From Squalus acanthias (lineage: Eukaryota): 64,000 bases of DNA. Position numbers and translations under genes: made by a program. The DNA lies in NCBI GenBank assembly GCA_030390025.1, contig CM059432.1, positions 96,164,001 to 96,228,000 of the forward strand, written 5' to 3'. A model generated the notes under the pieces. That model had not been told where the DNA came from and made no database searches. It saw only the letters and a list, made by a program, of their open reading frames with translations. Below, piece by piece: positions 47,633 through 60,799 of this stretch; positions within the stretch are counted from its first letter, which is position 1; each line of letters starts with the position of its first letter.

Positions 47633-48944
47633 ATGATTCTATAAGTCTATGAAATCAGTGGCAGTGCTCATGGTGAGCCATGGGATACACTGTTTTAAAG
47701 AGGTGTTAAAATATGTAATGCACAATAGGGTAGATTTTATGAATATATTTTCCCAGTGCAAAGCTTAGTGAACAAAAAATCCTGTGAAGCCCTCACTGAC
47801 TACCATGCCCAAATTCCTGATTTTCATAAGATCTGATATCTGATATAAGATTGTTATATAGTACTAGCATGTGTTCACTTTAAGCTTCGTGGCCGTGCAG
47901 CACTACAGGGGTCGCGCACAGCCGGGTTGCCGGGTTTTAAATAGAAAAACCGTGCATGCGCAGTATTTTGAAATGGCCGTGCAGCCTGTTAAAGGGGTCG
48001 CGTGGCCCCCCAAAAAATTATAGGGAACATTCACTTGTATATCTCCCATATTGATGCTTATGTGAGGAAAGAATAATTGAGAAACTTATGGAAACTAAGC
48101 TTATAAAATTGTACCATTTTTCCTGTAGCGCTTTGCCTGCTGCATCCTTTGTGTTGTGCTTTTCTTTACTTTTTTATTCCACAGCGTATGCTGCTGACTC
48201 CAATGAAGCTGCCACACGCTCCATTGATGTCAGCAATGAGGAAAACACTTCCCTCCTGTTACCACAAATGAGGGTTGTAGACTCCAGAGTCACACCTGCT
48301 GCACATCCTTGAAGACTGACCATGTTTGTGTGATGTTTTTCTTCATGTGAATACCCATGAGATTTGAGTCCAACGACTCCAAGATCAAGAGCAACCTTTT
48401 CCACAGCCTCAGATGAGAAGTTGGCCCGTCCACACCCAATCCCCACTTTTCTGGCTTCCTTGTGCTCTGTAAATCAGCAGGTGTCATGTTTTTACTTACA
48501 CAATTTGTTTCCTGTCAGGTGAAAGTATCTGAGCTGGTGCATGGAAATGAAACAGCAAATAATGCAGGGCATGATATCAAGGGATTTGGGAAAGAGGAAC
48601 ATGGGGCCATGTCTTCATCATGATCATCATCATCATCAATGCCAAGTCCATTAGAAATAATTTTTTTTCTTCCACCTCCTCATCAACATGTTCCTCTTCA
48701 ACATCCTCTGTCCACTTTTGTTGTAATGGATCTGCAGAAAAGTAGGGCATAAGTATAGGTGCAAAGTATAGTACAAAGAATAGGTGAGCATTACCCCTTG
48801 AGATTGAAGAGAAAGTGAAGGGTGAGTAAGGTACTGGTTGCCTACTGCTTCACAGGGATGTCATGGCGATTGTCTGGGTTTACACCCACTACCCAGCCTG
48901 CATTGACGCCTAATCTCACCATTTCCCACTCCTAAAGTATTTAC

Positions 48945-49335
48945 ATTTATGTAGAGCCTTTTTCATAGTAAAATGTCCCAAGGTGCTTTACAATGTTTCA
49001 GGAACATTATCAAACAAAAATTTGACACTGAGCCACATAAGGAGATATTAGGACAGGTGACCAAAAGCTTGGTCAAAGAGGTAGGTTTTAAGGACCGTCT
49101 TAAAGAGGAGAGAGAGGTGGAAAGGAGGAAAGCATTAGGGAGAGAATTCCAGAACTGAGGGTCTAGGCAGCTGAAAGGATGGCCACCAATGGCAGGGCAA
49201 TGGAAATCGGGGATGTGCAAAATGCCAGAATTGGACGAGTGCAGAGATCCTGAGGGGTTGTAGAGCTGGAGGAGGTTACAGAGATAGGGATGGACGAGGC
49301 CATGAAAGGATGAGAATTTTAAATTCGAGGCATTG
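48945..49335 (-). mobile_element. L2-type LINE 3' end
   Basis: AIGGHPFSCLDPQFWNSLP; homologous to 6225-6580. Confidence 0.8.
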
Positions 49336-49419
49336 CCTCGAATGTAAAGTTCCTCCCTGCTAGCTCTTTGGCTTGCACCTCATAGGGCGTCAGCTCTCTG
49401 ACGTCGTATGTCTAATTTC

Positions 49420-49866
49420 AGTGGCTCAGTTGGTAGCACACTTGCTTCCGAGTCAGAAGGTTGTGGGTTCAAGTCTCACTCCAGGGACTTGAGCACCAAA
49501 ATCTAGGCTGACACTCCAGTGCAGTGCTGAGGGAGTACTGCACTGTCGGAGGTGCCGTGTTTCGGATGAGACGTTACACTGAGGCCCCGTCTGCTCTCTC
49601 AAGTGGACATAAAAGATCCTATGGCACTATTTTGAAGAAGAGCAGGGGAGTTATCCCCGGTGTCCTGGCCAATATTTATCCCTCAACCAACATAACCAAA
49701 AAAGATTATCTGGTCATTATCACATTGCTGTTTGTGGGACCTTTATGTGCGCAAATTTGCTGCCGCGTTTCCCACATTAGAACAGTGACTCCACTTCATT
49801 GGCTGTAAAGTGCTTTGAGATGTCCGGTGGTCGTGAAAAGTGCTATATAAATGCAAGTCTTTCTTT
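49420..49866 (+). mobile_element. tRNA-derived Deu-domain SINE, copy 2
   Basis: Collinear with 21953-22415. Confidence 0.85.
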
Positions 49867-52009
49867 ACCCCTCCACAAGGATTGTGTGCAAGTTTCTCCG
49901 GTAACAAGATTGAGTGAAGGTGGCTAAGGCCCAGGTGGCTTCGGATAGCTGATGTAATAAAGTTGCTGGTAGTGCCCTGTTACAGTGGAAGAAGGGGTTT
50001 TAAGGTTCTGCAGGCTAATAAATCCTGTTAGGGAAGTTGACAACACATATTATAAGATACAGAATTAGTGGTCTCCTTAATAACATTTTTATTGTTAAGG
50101 GTAACTTGTGTAGCTCGTCCTTTTACAGGTTGATCAGTGTGTTGGTGTCCATGGTGCCCAAGAAAGAAATGGGAGATTAGCCGGTCTGATACCTTGCCGG
50201 TCCTTGCCAGGTCACTGAATTTTTCTCGCACTGGTATGTTGTCCTGAGGGTGAGTGAGGTGGCACCTACTACCATCTTCCTCCATTTGCCATGCAAGCAC
50301 TTTTTCTGAGGCTTTCTCCCATGGGCATCCAGCAGTCTTTCTTTCCTTTGCTGCATTTCATGGCGTAGGAAAAGTTTCTGTATCGATCTTTCAGGGTAAA
50401 CTATTTCCCATGAAGGAAAGTCAGGATCAATTTGTGTCCCTGTAATCCTCAGTATATTGGCTAAATTATTTATCTGTTATCCATCTGAACAAATAAATAG
50501 AATGAACTGGAATATGTCTGGTGATTGAATTGGGCTTCCACAAGTGAAGGCATGTTGCTGTCTCTCAGATACATGCAAATGCTTCTTAATTGCTAATCTA
50601 TACAAAAATTAAAATGCCAGAATTGAGTCTTTATTAAAGAGCAGCATCATTTTGTTCAATTTTTGATGCCACTCTTTCACCTTTATTTCCCTCCCAATCT
50701 TTTTATTTTAAATCTAATGTGGAATGATACACTATAATGAATTTGATAATCACCATGTCAGATGTGTAGAGGGCAGTAGAGGATTGCAAAAGCTATGTGT
50801 GTTCTTAATGATACAGCAGTGCACTCTAGTGTTTCTCTCTGATATACGGATCTAATTTCAGTACCCTGGTGTATATAACATTGTAGGTTGGAGTTTTGGT
50901 ATTCTATTCTACAAAACTAAAAATGTTATCATTAAATAATTTAAAACCCTAAGTAATTTTGATTTGATTTTAGAACTATCTATATTTGTTCTCGGTTTTA
51001 GTAGGTCAGCTGTAGTTTGTTCTATTGAAATGACTGGAAAGTGATAATTAACGACATAAAGATGTACTTCTGTAATGTACTATACTCGTTGGTATCTCAG
51101 TGTTTCAGATGTTACATAGATTAAAATAAGGACAATTACGGATAAATTTTTCTTCCACGTCCAATTTCACACCAAACCTAATTTGTTGGGCCAGAATTTG
51201 CTGTAGCAGGGCATCTAATGGCATCTGCCATTAGTTAGACTTGCCCCTCACTCTTCAGCACAAAAATATTTTGCCCACAAAATTGCTGAAAGTGCGAGCT
51301 GATAATGATGCAGCGAGGGAAACAGGGCATCTGGGACCTGAGTGAACAGGGCAATCAACATGATATCTCCTTAATCAATGAGATTTAGGATTGGGCAATA
51401 AACACAGGAAGGACTGAGAATGAGGGTTAATTAAAGGTAGTGAATTCAATGTCAAATCAGGTACAGAAAGATAAATAGAGAGGGAAAGAAAGATTGAATT
51501 AAGAGAAAGCAAAAAATGAGGCAGAAAGGAAAAATAAGAAATTACATTTTTTTTTACATGTTTTAAATCTCCCTGAAGAATTCAAAACCTGAAGGAATGT
51601 GATCCACACTTGTAATAATTAATTTTCAGTGCCAGAGAAGTTGACTGGCAGTCATTAACATTTATCACGTCATTAAAAGGGTACTTACAATTGTAATGAC
51701 AAGACTTAACTTTCTGTGGCAAGTTTAATGTGTCTCTCTTTCATTTATAAATTATGTAATTCATCTCACTATGAAACAAAAAGTCAAATATTTTATTTGG
51801 GGCTTGGTGATACTGGGACACTCAACTAAGATAAATGCAATTAGATTTGCAAACAGTGGGCAAATGTCACATCATCAAATGTCATGTAATTAAGCATTAC
51901 ATGATCTGTGTCATCTGATCAAATGCCATGTGATCAACTGTCACATGATCAAATCTCCAGGAATACGTCAAACCCGAGTTACCAACCCTAGTAAAACTAG
52001 ATTTCAAGT

Positions 52010-52983
52010 AGTGCATTCCAGATCATAATAACTCACTGCGTAAAAAGATTTCTCCTCATCCCACCTCTGGCTGTTTTGGCAATTACCTTAAATCTGTGTC
52101 CTCTGGTTACTGACTCTTCTGCTAGTGGAAACAGTTTCTCCTTATTTACTCTGTCAAAACCTTTCATGATTTTTACTGCCTCTGTTAAATCTCCCCTTAA
52201 CCTACTCTGCTCTAAGGTAAACAATTCCAGCTTCTCTAGTCTCTCTATGTAACTGAAGTCCCTCATCCCTGGTGTAATTCGAGTCAATCTCCTCTGCACC
52301 TTTCTAAAGTGTGGTGCTCAGAACTGGACACAATACTCCAGCTGAGGCCTACCTAGTGATTTATAAAGGTTTAGCATAACTTCCTTGCTTTTGTATTCTA
52401 TGCCTTTAATTATAAAGCCAAGGATCCTGTATGCCTTTTAAACCCCCAGGTCTCTCTGTTCCTGCACCCCGTTAAAATTGCACCATTTAGTTTATATTGC
52501 CTCGCCTCATTCCTCCTTCCAAATTACATCACTTCACACTGCTCTGCAATAAATGTAATCTGCCATGTGTCTGCCCATTTCATCAGTCTGTCTATGTCTT
52601 CCTGAAGTCTGCTACTATCCTCCTCACTGTTTACAACTTTTCCAAGTTTCATGCCATCTGCAAATTTTGAAATGATGCCCTGTATACCCAAGTACAGGTC
52701 ATTAATATATCTCAAAAAGAGCAGTGGTCTTAATACTGACCCCTGGGGAACACCACTATATATTGCCCTCCAGTTTGAAAACCAACCATTCACCATTACT
52801 CTCTGCTTTCTGTCCCTTGGCCAATATTGTATCAACGATACCACTGCTCCTTTAATCCCATGGGAATCAATTTTACTAACAAGTGTATCATATGGTACTT
52901 TATCAAACGCCTTTTAAAACTTCATATACACAACAACAATCACACTACCTTCATCAATCCTCTCGTTACTTCATCAAAGAACT
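52010..52983 (-). mobile_element. CR1 3' part; the same copy resumes at 56788-57215 and 60452-60799
   Basis: SGVPQGSVLRPLLF, KFADGMKLG; breakpoint AAGAACT...CTCAATCAAG rejoins CR1 ORF2. Confidence 0.85.
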
Positions 52984-53558
52984 TTATAAAGCACTGGTTA
53001 GGCCACAACTGAAGTATTGCATCCAGTTCTGGTCACCACACTTTAGGAAGGATGTGAAGGCCCTTGAGAGGGTGCAGAGGAGATTTACCAGAATGGTTCC
53101 GGGGATGGGGGATCTTAGCTACAAGGACAGTTTGGAGAAGCTGGATATGTTTTCATTAGAGCAAAGGAGGTTGAGGGGTGATTTGATAGAGGTGTACAAG
53201 ATTATGACGGGTTTGGATAGGCTAGATGGGGAAAGGCTGTTCCCACTAGTTGATGGTATAAGGACTAGGGGAAACAGATTTAAGGTTTTGGGCAAGAGAT
53301 ACAGGGGGGATGTGGAGAAAAACTTTTTTACGCAGTGAATGGTGATGACCTGGAATTCGCTGCTGACGGAAGTGGTGGAAGCGGAGACACTCAATGTTTT
53401 CAAGGGGAGACTGGATAGGCACATGAGGGAAATAAACTTGCAGGGCTACAGGGATAGAGCGGGGGAATGGGACTGACTGGATTGCTCTACAGACAGCAGG
53501 CACGGACTCGATGGGACAAATGGCCTCCTTCTGTGTTGTTATGACTCTATGACCCTAT
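52984..53558 (+). mobile_element. CR1 3' fragment inserted antisense into another CR1
   Basis: LYKALVRPQLKYCIQFWSP; ATGACTCT tail. Confidence 0.85.
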
Positions 53559-56500
53559 GGGCTGGATTTTGCCAGTGTGGGGGGGCTGGGGCGTGTCAGG
53601 TGGGAATCATGTCAGTACCCCAACTCCGAAGTGAAGTGTTGAAAAATTGGGATTTTCCCCTAATTAGGCAATTGATTTCCAGCGTGTGGGAACACCTAGC
53701 CCAATGAGTCTTTTCATACAGAAAGTCGCCTCCGATGACGTCATCAATGATGCTAGATTTAAGACCTGCAAGCAGCCTTGCTTCTTCTGGAGACTGGAAA
53801 CGTTTTGGAAATTGTATGAAGGACTTCATTTACCGACCATGTCCAGCAGCAAGCAAAAGTGTGCACCTCACTTTGATGAGCCCTCCCTCCAAGCTCTGGT
53901 GCAGGGAGCAAGATCTAATAAGGAGGTGCTCTTCCCTTCCTCAGGGAGAAAAAAGCCACCCCAGCAGACTAAAGTTGTGTGGCTACAAGTGGCCGAGGAG
54001 GTCAACTCCATATTAATGAGCCGCAGAACCTGGCTGCAATGCAGGAAGAGTTTCATGAGCTTCTCCGCACAGGAAAAGTTAGTATGACTTTCTCATCACC
54101 CTCAATCTGATCCCCATCGCCTCTCCTCACCAGCACTCTGCTTTGCCAACCTCTTCCTCCACATCCCACTTGACACTTACATCCCTGCACCCTTACCCAT
54201 TGCCTGTCTCTCTATGGTCACATTCACTTAACTATTCGACCATGTAGCCCTCACACTCCCTATCACTGTGATGCAACAACAACAACAACTTACAACACAC
54301 AGGGAGGGCCCTTTGTCTCCTTCTAAGCATCTATGCTATGCATTCTCTACACTCACTCCTTCATTCTCACTCAAACTCCACTTGTGTCCCTCATTGCAGG
54401 AAAAGAGAGCCCATAATAAGAGGGAAAGAGCCATGACAGGAGGAGGGCCACCCTCAGTAGCCCAGCTCACCGCCTGGGAGGAGGTGGACCTGGAAATCGC
54501 CAGGATCGAGGAGGATTCCCAAGTGGGGGACAGACAGATGGGCGCATCACAGCAAGCTGATGACAGAATAGTTTGGCATCTCTCTCATTGACATTGCATG
54601 AGTCACTGATAATGAATCTGATGCTCTAACAGATTGACTTATGATCATCTGCACTATTCAATGTTCATGTAACCTTGACCTCACATCTCTAACTCTTTCC
54701 TTTACTCCCCCACAGGACCATCGAAAGCCCCTGTCCCCACTGTCCAGGAGGAAGAGCCTGAGCTTCCAGACTTCTCAGAGGAAGCTGCAACCTCTGAGGG
54801 CGCAGCGTCAGCAGAATTCAGTGCACCCAGTACCAGCGCAGACACTCACACCTCGGTGGGACCTTCGCGAGATAGAGTAGTGTTGGCACCTGGTGTATCA
54901 CAGCTGACAAGTGAGCATCAGCAGATGGTGGAGACAGGGACAGCAGTGGAGAGTCCTCGTCGGAGGACGCAGGACTCTGCCAGCTCGGCTCAGCTGCTTG
55001 TCGACCCTGTGCCTCCAAGTCCACCCAGAAGGAGAGCGGTGCTGGAACTCCTGGGGTGCAGGAGTCTCTGGCAGGTTTTGTCTCCAGGGTCGCTGCGAGT
55101 GTGGAGCGAATGGAGGAGTCCATCGTGAACGTGAGCAGAGCCTTTGTGGAGGCATTGGCGCATGAACGCATCACCATGGAAAGGATGGCAACCTCTGTGG
55201 AAAGGATGGCTATAGTAGAGGAGAGGATGGCTACGGCCATGGAGGAGCTAAGTTATCAGAGTGTTGAAAACATGGTCATTGTTCAGAATAGACAGGCATC
55301 TCTTGAGGAGCGATGGTCAGCTATTGAGCATAGAAACCAGACCTTCATGGAAGTCCTCTGGAGTAGGACTTCCAGTGCAGAAACGGGTCCTCATGGCCCC
55401 CTTGAAGTGCAGCAAGGTGCTGTCAAGCCACTTGCTAGCTCTGAAGTGGGGCTGACCCATGAGAGGGATGTTGGTGGCAGACAACAAGGAAGTGGGGCTC
55501 CTCTCCAAGCACTCACACGACCATGCCACTGCAAAGCCCTCGGTCAGAGCCCCACCAGAGTCCTCACCCAACTGAGATGGGCGCTTTAACCCCTGCACAG
55601 CCACAGGAGCAGCAGACTGTTGCCGAGCCCTCACAGGTTCGCAACCCCAGAGGACGGCCGCCAAAGGTGTCGAGACAGGAGCAGCAAGAAAGTGAGCAAG
55701 GGGCCTCTACATCTGCTGAAGCCACAGGGGAAGCACCACGTAGGAGCACGCGTAAGAGGAAGATAATGCACAAGTAGTCACAAGGGCACTCACTTGGGTG
55801 TTATGTTGTGTTTATTTTTGAAATGCCATCACTTGCTTGTTGTGATAAAAATTTCTGATGGCAAACTGCTGAAGTTGTGGCCTGTGTCTTTTCGCAAATG
55901 GGATTTCCACATTGAGGGCTTAGAGCAACTTGCAATTGTCAGTATGGTGGTCAGAGTGATAGGAATCCGCAGGTTCTTGTCTATTGTCGATGCTCTGGTA
56001 AGAAGGTGCGAGGCAAAAGTGTTTGATTGTGCAGGCTATGCAAATCTGGCCAACATGAGTGCGTCCCTTGCATCCCGGGCAGCAATGTAGTCGCACTCTG
56101 GCGCCTTCTGGCCTGTGCAGTTTCAGGTGGGTGAGCAGCAGCTTTGTGCTCCTGTTGTTGCTGCTGCTGGCTGTTGTTGGTGCTGCTGTTGTTCAGGGTT
56201 CTGCTGCTACCACGGCTGGTCTGAATCTGAATCTGATGTCCAGGAGGAAAGGAAATAAATGGTTCCCATGCTTCTGCTATATGCCTCAGTTGAGGAAGCG
56301 CTCAGTCAAGGTGGGGAGAGGGGTTTCCCAGGAGGTCACACTGGAGATGGGTCTCAGCTTCCAAACATCCAGAACAATGAGTAGGCCTGCTAAAAGTTCC
56401 CCCAGACCTGAGACAACAAAGTTCTGCCACCTGCAAATGATGATTGCTGAAAACTCCTTTTTAATGGTGGAGCTGCAGCTGTTAGTAAGCAATCCACTTG

Positions 56501-56785
56501 TGAGGCCACCAGGATTACCTGGTGTGTTCCAGAGGAGACGTGCAGGATGGGGGAAATGTGTAAAAATCAGAAAGGCCTCTCAAAATTGGATTATAGAGGC
56601 AATTAAGTGGTTGTTAAGGGCCTTAAGGGCCTATACCGCCTCTTGGAGGCGGGATGGAAATGGGGTCTGAAATCCCGATTCTGGGAAAATTGCTCGGAGG
56701 CGGGATGGAGGCGGGATCGGGCCCGCACGCCATTTTTTTTTCGATTTTAACACCCCGCCTCCTCGGCCTTGGCAAAATCGAGCCC
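53559..56785. mobile_element. Non-autonomous Harbinger retaining the Myb/SANT gene but no recognisable transposase core
   Basis: TIR GGGCTGGATTTTGCCA / TGGCAAAATCGAGCCC, TSD TAT. Confidence 0.9.
53839..55777 (+). pseudogene. Three-exon Myb/SANT gene (~53839-54077, 54400-~54559, 54716-55777), frameshifted
   Basis: APHFDEPSLQALV...WLQVAEEVN...RRTWLQCRKSF; EKRAHNKRERAMTGGG; ERMA heptads; ends PRRSTRKRK. Confidence 0.85.
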
Positions 56786-57638
56786 TATATCTCAATCAAG
56801 TTAGCCAAACACAATTTGCCTTTAACAAATTCATGCTGGCTGTCATTGATTAACTCACTTTGTTTCAAGTTACAATTAATCTTGTCCCAAATTATAGTTT
56901 CTAAAAGTTTTCCCACCACTGATGTTAGGTTGACTGGCCTGCAGTTACCTGGTTTATCCCTGTCCTCTGTTTTGAACAGGAGTGCAATATTTGCAATTCT
57001 CCTGTCCTCTGGCACCAGTCCCATGTCTAAGGAGGATTGGAAGATTGTGACCAGAGCCTCTGCTATTTCCACCCTTACTTCCCTCAGCAACCGAGGATAC
57101 ATCCCATCCGGACTTGGTGACTTTTCTACTTTGAGTGCTGCAAACCTTTTAAATACCACCTCCTTATCTTTTTTTATCCTATCCAATTTCTCTACTTCCT
57201 CCTCCTTTACTGTGAGAAGTCGCACAACACCAGGTTATAGTCCAACAGCTTTATTTGAAATCACAAGCTTTCGGAGCGCTGCTCCTTCGTCAAGTGAAGT
57301 GAAGAGATGCATATAGGCACAGCATATATAGTCAGAGAACACTGCCAGATGATTACAGTTAATCTTTCTAACTGCCCTTTATCACACCTCGGCAGAGAGA
57401 TAATCACGGCAATCAAAGGTGTGGATGGTGTCCAAACAGGTCAGTCAGGAAAACATTACATCAAAGACAATGAGGTGGGGTCACAAGGGGTCAAATGTGG
57501 CAGATGCTGGAGTCTGTATGGAAAACAAAAAACTTTTTTTGCTGGAAATCACAGCAGGTCCGGCCGCATCTGTGTAGAGAGAACAAGCCAATGACGACTC
57601 GAGTCTGGATGACTCTATGATACTCCAAGATAGAGTCC

Positions 57639-60029
57639 ATGTTCTCAGCCTGTGCTCAGGACACAGCAGACCAGCTACGAGACACCTCCAAACAGATGAG
57701 GCAACGGAACTACGCTGCCTACATGCACACCAAGAACAGGAAGCTTGAGAAACTCGGCATCAGGACCAGCAGCAATGAAGCCTCCCCCGGTACCACGGTT
57801 GCAACCACAGGGAAGTCCATCGTCAACTTGTCCGACCACACCCTTCAACCAGACGAAATCGAAGATCTCAGCCGAGGGCTCAATTTCTGCTCCACCACCA
57901 AAATGGACCCCATCGGTCTCGCGGCAGACACAGAGGAATTCATCAGGAGAATGAGGCTCTGGGAATTCTTCCACGAATCCCAAGATGTCAGCAGCGAACC
58001 CAATGAGACAATCAATGATCCGGAACAGCAGACAGAGGGACCCGCAGTGCAGCAACTGAAGAAGAAAGAGTCAAATTGGACCCCTCCGGAGGGTCGCTGC
58101 CCTAAGCTAGACATATATGCTCAAGCTGTCAGCAGATGCATCAACGCCAGATTCATCAGCCGCACTCACAAGACAGTCCAGAATGTCACCCGAGCACAAC
58201 GCAACGCTATCCACGCTCTCAAGACCAACCGCAACATCGTCATCAAACCAGCGGACAAAGGAGGAGCCATCGTCATACCGAACAGAATGGACTATTGCAA
58301 AGAAGCATACCGACAACTGGACAACCAGGAACACTACAGACAGTTATCCGCAGATCCGACCAAAGAACACACCCGCCAACTCAATAGACTGATCAAGACC
58401 TTCGATCCAGACCTTCAAAGCATCCTACGCGCTCTCATCCCACGTACTCCCCGCGTGGGAGACTTCTACTGCCTCCCAAAGATACACAAAGGCAACACAC
58501 CCGGACGTCCTATCGTATCAGGCAACGGAACCCTGTGTGAGAACCTCTCTGGATACGTCGAGGGCATCCTGAAACCCATCGTACAGGGAACCCCCAGCTT
58601 CTGTCGCGACACTACAGACTTCTTACAGAAACTCAGCACCCACGGACCAGTTGAACCAGGAACACTCCTCACCACGATGGACGTCTCGGCACTCTACACC
58701 AGTATCCCCCACGATGATGGCATCGCTGCGACAGCCTCAGTACTCAACACCAACAACAGCCAATCTCCAGACGCCATCCTACAACTCATCCGCTTCATCC
58801 TTGATCACAAAGTCTTCACCTTCGACAACCAGTTTTTTACCCAAACACATGGAACAGCCATGGGGACCAAATTCGCACCCCAATACGCCAACATCTTCAT
58901 GCACAAGTTCGAGGAAGACTTCTTCGCTGCACAGGACCTCCAACCAACGCTATACACCAGATACATCGACGACATTTTCTTCCTATGGACCCACGGCGAA
59001 GAATCACTGAAAAGACTACACGATAACATCAACAAGTTCCATCCCACCATCAAACTCACCATGGACTACTCCTCAGAATCGGTTTCATTCTTGGACACAC
59101 GAATCTCCATCAAAGACAGACACCTCAGCACTTCACTCTACCGCAAGCCCACGGACAACCTCACGATGCTCCACTTCTCCAGCTTCCACCCTAACCACGT
59201 TAAAGAAGCCATCCCCTATGGACAAGCCCTGCGAATACACAGGATCTGCTCAGACAAGGAGGAATGCGATGGACACCTACAGACGCTGAAAGACGCCCTC
59301 GTAAGAACGGGATATGACGCTCGACTCGTCGATCGATAGTTCCGACGGGCCACAGTGAAAAATCGCATAGACCTCCTCAGAAGACAAACATGGGACACAA
59401 CCAACAGAGTACCCTACGTCGTCCAGTACTTCCCCGGAGCGGAGAAACTACGCCATGTTCTTCGCAGCCTTCAACATGTCATCGATGACGATGAACACCT
59501 CGCTAAGGCCATCCCCACGCCTCCACTATTCGTCTTCAAACAGCCGCCTAACCTCAAACAGACCATCGTTCGCAGCAAATTACCCAGCAACCATGACACC
59601 ATACAGCCCTGCCACGGCAACCTCTGCAAGACATGCCAGATCATCAACACAGATACCATCATCACACGTGAGGATACCACCCACCAGGTACATGGTACAT
59701 ACTCATGTGACTCGGCCAACGTTGTCTACCTCATACATTGCTGGAAAGGATGCCCCGGAGCATGGTACATCGGCGAGACCATGCAGACACTGCGACAACG
59801 TATGAATGGACACCGCGCAACAATCACCAGGCATGAGTGTTCCCTCCCAGTCGGGGAACACTTCAGCAGTCAAGGACATTCAGCCTCCGATCTTCGGGTA
59901 AGGGTTCTCCAAGGCGGCCTTTGAGACACACGACAACGCAAAATCGTCGAGCAGAAACTGATAGCCAAGTTCCGCACCCATGAGGACGGCCTCAACCGGG
60001 ATCTTGGGTTCATGTCACGCTACATGTAA
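57639..60029 (+). pseudogene. Penelope RT plus GIY-YIG endonuclease, single frame with two nonsense codons (59337 TAG, 59922 TGA)
   Basis: IKPADKGG, LPKIHK, DVSALYTSIP, GTAMG, RYIDD; VVYLI...YIGET; GLN at the C terminus. Confidence 0.95.
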
Positions 60030-60360
60030 CCCCACCTGACGTAGAGTCATCCAGACTCGAGTCGTCGTTGGCTTGTTCTCTCTACACAGATGCGGCCGGA
60101 CCTGCTGTGATTTCCAGCAAAAAAAGTTTTTGTTTTCCATACAGATCCCAGCATCCACCACATTTGACCCCTTGTGACCCCACCTCATTGTCTTTGATGT
60201 AATGTTTTCCTGACTGACCTGTTTGGACACCATCCACACCTTTGATTGCCGTGATTATCTCTCTGCCGAGGTGTGATAAAGGGCAGTTAGAAAGATTAAC
60301 TGTAATCATCTGGCTGTGTTCTCTGACCATATATGCTGTGCCTATATGCATCTCTTCACT

Positions 60361-60397
60361 TCACCTGACGGAGGAGCAGCGCTCCGAAAGCTTGTGA
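60361..60397 (+). ncRNA. Minimal hammerhead ribozyme, one core mismatch; inverted twin at 57261-57297
   Basis: TCAC-CTGACGG-AGGAGCagcGCTCC-GAAA-GCTT-GTGA. Confidence 0.7.
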
Positions 60398-60799
60398 TTT
60401 CAAATAAAGCTTTTGGACTATAACCTGGTGTTGTGCGACTCCACATCATGGCTCCTTTACTGTGACATTGGCAGCATCCACTTCTTTTGTGAAAACAGAT
60501 GCAAAATATTCATTCAGTACTATAGCCATGCCCTCTAACTCCACAAGAAGATCTCCTTTTTGGTCCCTAATTGGATCCATCCTTCGTTTGTCTATCCTTT
60601 CACTGTTTATATGTTTATAAAAGACTTTAGTGATCCCTTATATGTTAGCTGCCAATCTATCCTCATATACGTTCTTTGCCCCTCTTCTTTCTTTTTTCAG
60701 TTCTCCTCTGTACTTTCTGTAGTCAGCTTGGTTCTCTGCTGTATTATGAGCCTTAGATTTATCATAAGCCTACTTTTTCTGTTTCATTTTATTCTCTAT

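Larger units (their letters stand above)
48170..50420 (-). pseudogene. Ancient Harbinger Myb/SANT gene remnant, interrupted by L2 and SINE
   Basis: GRKPQKK...W...RTTYQC.KKFSDLARTGK followed by GT at ~50190-50340; acidic exon and TSMERVAASLE at 48174-48730. Confidence 0.55.
57216..60451 (+). mobile_element. Penelope family 2 element with inverted pseudo-LTR
   Basis: 14-bp TSD CTCCTTTACTGTGA (57202-57215 and 60452-60465); 57218-57619 is the reverse complement of 60040-60440. Confidence 0.92.

Noticed and set aside
52883..53338. 151-aa ORF with a novel N terminus
   Set aside because: Chance fusion across the junction of two oppositely oriented CR1 fragments.
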